This document shows, one piece after another, positions 53,558-56,047 of a stretch of 56,047 bases of DNA (the first letter of the stretch is position 1; the number at the start of each line of letters is the position of its first letter). A model generated the notes under the pieces. That model saw only the letters and a program-made list of their open reading frames with translations. It had not been told where the DNA came from and did not search any database. Made by a program: the position numbers and the translations under genes. This stretch comes from Anaerolineae bacterium (GTDB lineage Bacteria > Chloroflexota > Anaerolineae > UBA1429), in the NCBI GenBank assembly GCA_021162655.1, contig JAGGYI010000138.1, positions 1-56,047 of the forward strand, in the 5' to 3' direction.

Positions 53558-53577
53558 AAACTTTGGAAGGCACCAAG

Positions 53578-53616
53578 GGGCGAGGCGCTCTTTGACAGAA
53601 CGCCTCGCTCTTTTTA
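53578..53616 (+). terminator. rho-independent terminator after the E1 gene
   Basis: Stem GCGAGGCG (53580..53587) / CGCCTCGC (53601..53608), extendable by G-U and G-C pairs. 13-nt loop, followed by TTTTT (53611..53615). Confidence 0.65.
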
Positions 53617-53620
53617 TAAT
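53592..53620 (+). promoter_or_regulatory. consensus promoter embedded in the terminator, upstream of the small membrane protein gene
   Basis: TTGACA (53592..53597), 17-nt spacer, TATAAT (53615..53620): 12 of 12 consensus positions, 35 nt upstream of ATG 53655. Confidence 0.5.
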
Positions 53621-53654
53621 CGCCCTAGTGAACTTGCCCAAGTGAGGGACGCCC

Positions 53655-54023
53655 ATGAAAAATCAGCTTCCTCGTGGTCTCGTCGTCGTAGCCATTTTCC
53701 AGTTCATTGGTCCGCTGATGCTCCCCCCGGCGACACTCAAGAGCATCAGTCCCGTTCTGTGGGGGATCATTGTGGCCCTTTTTGCCCTTTTGGGGGTGAA
53801 CCTTCTCAGACGGCGTGCTTGGAGCCGCATCGCAACCATCTTTCTCCAGGGTTTCAACATCATCATTCGCCTCCTTGTCGCCATCAGCCACGCCATCCAA
53901 GGAGGACAGGCTGGGAATCCCGTTGATGCCTGGCTCGTTGGGACAGCCTTGGCCTCTATGGTTCTCTCGGCGATCATCCTCTACTATGTAGATCTCCCCG
54001 ACATCCAGGTAATCATGCAGTGA
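53655..54023 (+). CDS. small membrane protein, unknown function
   Basis: 122 aa with 4 hydrophobic helices. Preceded by the consensus promoter and followed by a strong terminator. Confidence 0.5.
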   Translation: MKNQLPRGLVVVAIFQFIGPLMLPPATLKSISPVLWGIIVALFALLGVNLLRRRAWSRIATIFLQGFNIIIRLLVAISHAIQGGQAGNPVDAWLVGTALASMVLSAIILYYVDLPDIQVIMQ

Positions 54024-54037
54024 TAAGAAACAGCAAC

Positions 54038-54072
54038 AAAAAAGAGGGACCGTTGAAGCGGTCCCTCTTTTT
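54038..54072. terminator. bidirectional rho-independent terminator
   Basis: A6, then AGAGGGACCG / CGGTCCCTCT (10-bp perfect stem, 6-nt loop), then T5. Lies between convergent stops at 54023 (+) and 54086 (-). Confidence 0.8.
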
Positions 54073-54085
54073 GCTACCAAAGAGA

Positions 54086-55360
54086 TCACTGCTTTTCATA
54101 AGGTTGCCCCTCTGCCGCCGGGGGAACTGCTCGCCCCACGACACCCGCTAGCACCACCATAGTAATCAAATAGGGCGCCATGCGCAGAAACTGAGAAGGG
54201 ATAGGAACCCTGAGAATCTGCAGTTTGGCCTGGAAGGTATCCGTAAAGCCAAAGATCAGCGAGGCGCCAAAAGCCCCAAAGGGATTCCACTTTCCAAAGA
54301 TGAGGGCCGCCAAGCCGATAAAGCCTTTGCCTGCCGTCATCAACTCATCGAAACGAGGCACCGAGCCCAAGACGAGGAAAACCCCTCCCAGCCCCGCTAC
54401 CATTCCTCCGAGAATGACGTTCACATAGCGAATGAGAAAGACGTTCACACCCAACGTGTCCGCCGCTCGAGGATGCTCCCCCACAGCACGGGTACGCAGC
54501 CCCCAGGGGGTATAGTAGAGCATGAAATGGATAAGCAACAGGAGGACAAACATCATATAAACAATGATGTTACTCTCAAAGAACATGGGGCCCAGAATCG
54601 GAATACGCGAGAGCCCAGGGATGGGCATGTTGGGGAACTTGCCAGGATTGTTCAATTCCTGATAAACGGAAAGAAACCGCGCACTGACAAAGCTCGTCCC
54701 CCCTGTAGCGAGGATATTGATCGCCGTCCCACTGATGATCTGATTCACTTTGAAACGGATCGAGAGCACAGCCAAGAGAGCGCCCAAAAGCCCGCTGACC
54801 AATACCGAGACAATCAGAGCCACCCAAAGGTTCTTGGCCACGCTGCCTACCAAGGCCGAGCAGCAGGCCGCCGTGAGCATCATTCCCTCAATAGCGATGT
54901 TGACAATGCCCGAACGTTCGCAGAGCACACCGCTCAGAGCTGCCAGAGCAATGGGCACTGCCCGCTGCACCGCCGTTTCGAGAAGCCCCTCCAGGTTCAG
55001 CCCCTTTCCCCGAGCAGCCCAGGTGAGGAAGGCGAAAACCAAAGCAAAGGAAACGATAGCCAACATAGCCCCCTCTCCTGGGCGCCCTGGCCCGCGCACA
55101 AGCTGAAAGATGCCCAACCCTATAGCAAGTGCGGCCAAAGCATAGAGCGTGGGCAACACAGGGAGGGTGACATCCGGGATCCTGATCGCTGCCGTAGTGC
55201 GCCCAGGGTTCATCCCAAAGGTAACCATCTGCCCTGGCTCAGCCCCCCGAGCAAAGACGAGACAGATAAACGCCCCTACGAAAAGGGAAAAGATAGCCAG
55301 CACCCGACTTTGCCGTACCGTAGCACGATCTAGCACCTGTTCCCCAACCACCGCACTCAT
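54086..55360 (-). CDS. ABC transporter permease (BMP/nucleoside-sugar type, YufQ/RbsC-fold)
   Basis: 424-aa polytopic protein. Typical inner-membrane translocator blocks (..NIAIEGMMLTAA..GGTSFVSA..GGMVAGLGGVFL..). ATGA-type 4-nt overlap with the upstream permease. Confidence 0.85.
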   Translation of the reverse strand: MSAVVGEQVLDRATVRQSRVLAIFSLFVGAFICLVFARGAEPGQMVTFGMNPGRTTAAIRIPDVTLPVLPTLYALAALAIGLGIFQLVRGPGRPGEGAMLAIVSFALVFAFLTWAARGKGLNLEGLLETAVQRAVPIALAALSGVLCERSGIVNIAIEGMMLTAACCSALVGSVAKNLWVALIVSVLVSGLLGALLAVLSIRFKVNQIISGTAINILATGGTSFVSARFLSVYQELNNPGKFPNMPIPGLSRIPILGPMFFESNIIVYMMFVLLLLIHFMLYYTPWGLRTRAVGEHPRAADTLGVNVFLIRYVNVILGGMVAGLGGVFLVLGSVPRFDELMTAGKGFIGLAALIFGKWNPFGAFGASLIFGFTDTFQAKLQILRVPIPSQFLRMAPYLITMVVLAGVVGRAVPPAAEGQPYEKQ

Positions 55361-56047
55361 TCACTTTCCCCTTTGTTCTGCTCTTTCTCGCCACCATCCT
55401 GCTCTGCAGAAGCAACTTCGGCCATCCGGCGCCCTTCCCTTAAACGGTAGAGCATGCGAATGATCTCGGGCGCCGCAACAAAGATGATGATTAGTGCTTG
55501 AAGGATCGAAATGATATCCACAGGAATCTGAGCGACGGATTGCATCCGGGTAGCTCCCGCCCGCAGTGTACCAAAGAGAAGCGCGGCAAGAACCACTCCC
55601 ACCGGATGGCTATTGCCCAGAAGAGCTAGGGCTATAGAATCAAAACCATACCCCGCAGAGAAGGCATTGGGCATGTAATGGATCAGGCCCATGATGTCGT
55701 TGGCCGCAGCCAACCCTGCCAGCCCCCCGCTGAGGAACATGGCCAAGACAAAGTTTTTAGTAAGGCTCATCCCTGCATAGCGCGCCGCCCGCGGGTTAGC
55801 TCCCACCGTACGGAGCTCGAAGCCGATCGTCGTCTTGAAAAGCAACCAGTAAACGAGCACCGCGCAACCCAAGGCGATAAAGAACCCCGCATGAAAACGC
55901 ATAGGGCTGGGGAAGAGCTGCGGCAGCACCGCGCTGGGCTGGATCTCTGGCGAAATGGGCCGAAAATCTCCGGGACGCTGCATTGGCCCATTGAGCAACC
56001 AATCGCTCAGCGCAAAGGCGATATAGTTCATCATGATCGTGTTGATG
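55357..56047 (-). CDS. ABC transporter permease (BMP type, YufP-like), N-terminus outside the window
   Basis: The frame stays open to the window edge (..INTIMMNYIAFALSDWLL..), so the M at 56034 is internal. C-terminal charged tail. Confidence 0.8.
   Translation of the reverse strand, partial: INTIMMNYIAFALSDWLLNGPMQRPGDFRPISPEIQPSAVLPQLFPSPMRFHAGFFIALGCAVLVYWLLFKTTIGFELRTVGANPRAARYAGMSLTKNFVLAMFLSGGLAGLAAANDIMGLIHYMPNAFSAGYGFDSIALALLGNSHPVGVVLAALLFGTLRAGATRMQSVAQIPVDIISILQALIIIFVAAPEIIRMLYRLREGRRMAEVASAEQDGGEKEQNKGESE

Overview
Densely coding 56-kb chromosomal window, roughly 58-60% GC by eye. The gene content suggests a monoderm bacterium, possibly Chloroflexota-like (inference only). I saw no rRNA, tRNA, CRISPR array or intact mobile element. 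Left to right: (1) an envelope-glycan cluster with a GT39/ArnT-like glycosyltransferase, a SPASM radical SAM, a B12-binding radical SAM, an orphan IS630-type HTH fragment and a polyprenyl-phosphate sugar transferase; (2) a DinG exonuclease-helicase, two HAD phosphatases and a GNAT; (3) enolase, then an ADP-forming acetyl-CoA synthetase divergent from a stand-alone Pta-N-terminal-like (BioD-like + DRTGG) protein; (4) an Rrf2-cysE-cysteine desulfurase-IscU-mnmA sulfur cluster; (5) a DUF948/YtxH pair and Nnr; (6) an eight-gene, translationally coupled operon of unknown function (HEAT-repeat protein, membrane proteins, double zinc-ribbon protein, GlmL/MutL-like actin-fold ATPase, barrel-sandwich protein); (7) gatCA, a sugar nucleotidyltransferase, alanine dehydrogenase and murE; (8) a 9.7-kb minus-strand redox string: MoaD-like, tungsten-type aldehyde:ferredoxin oxidoreductase, 4-cluster ferredoxin, HdrA-MvhD, HdrC-like/ferredoxin/MvhD, group-3c-type [NiFe] hydrogenase small and large subunits, polyferredoxin; (9) a sortase; (10) an SDR/Ldh2/Zn-ADH/VOC/fused E1 alpha-beta cluster; (11) two BMP-type ABC permeases. 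Three items deserve most attention: the in-frame TGA in HdrA, best read as selenocysteine, with a SECIS-like hairpin; the AOR-HdrA-Mvh linkage without HdrBC; and the eight-gene unknown operon. All calls rest on motif recognition by eye. No database or folding computation was possible.
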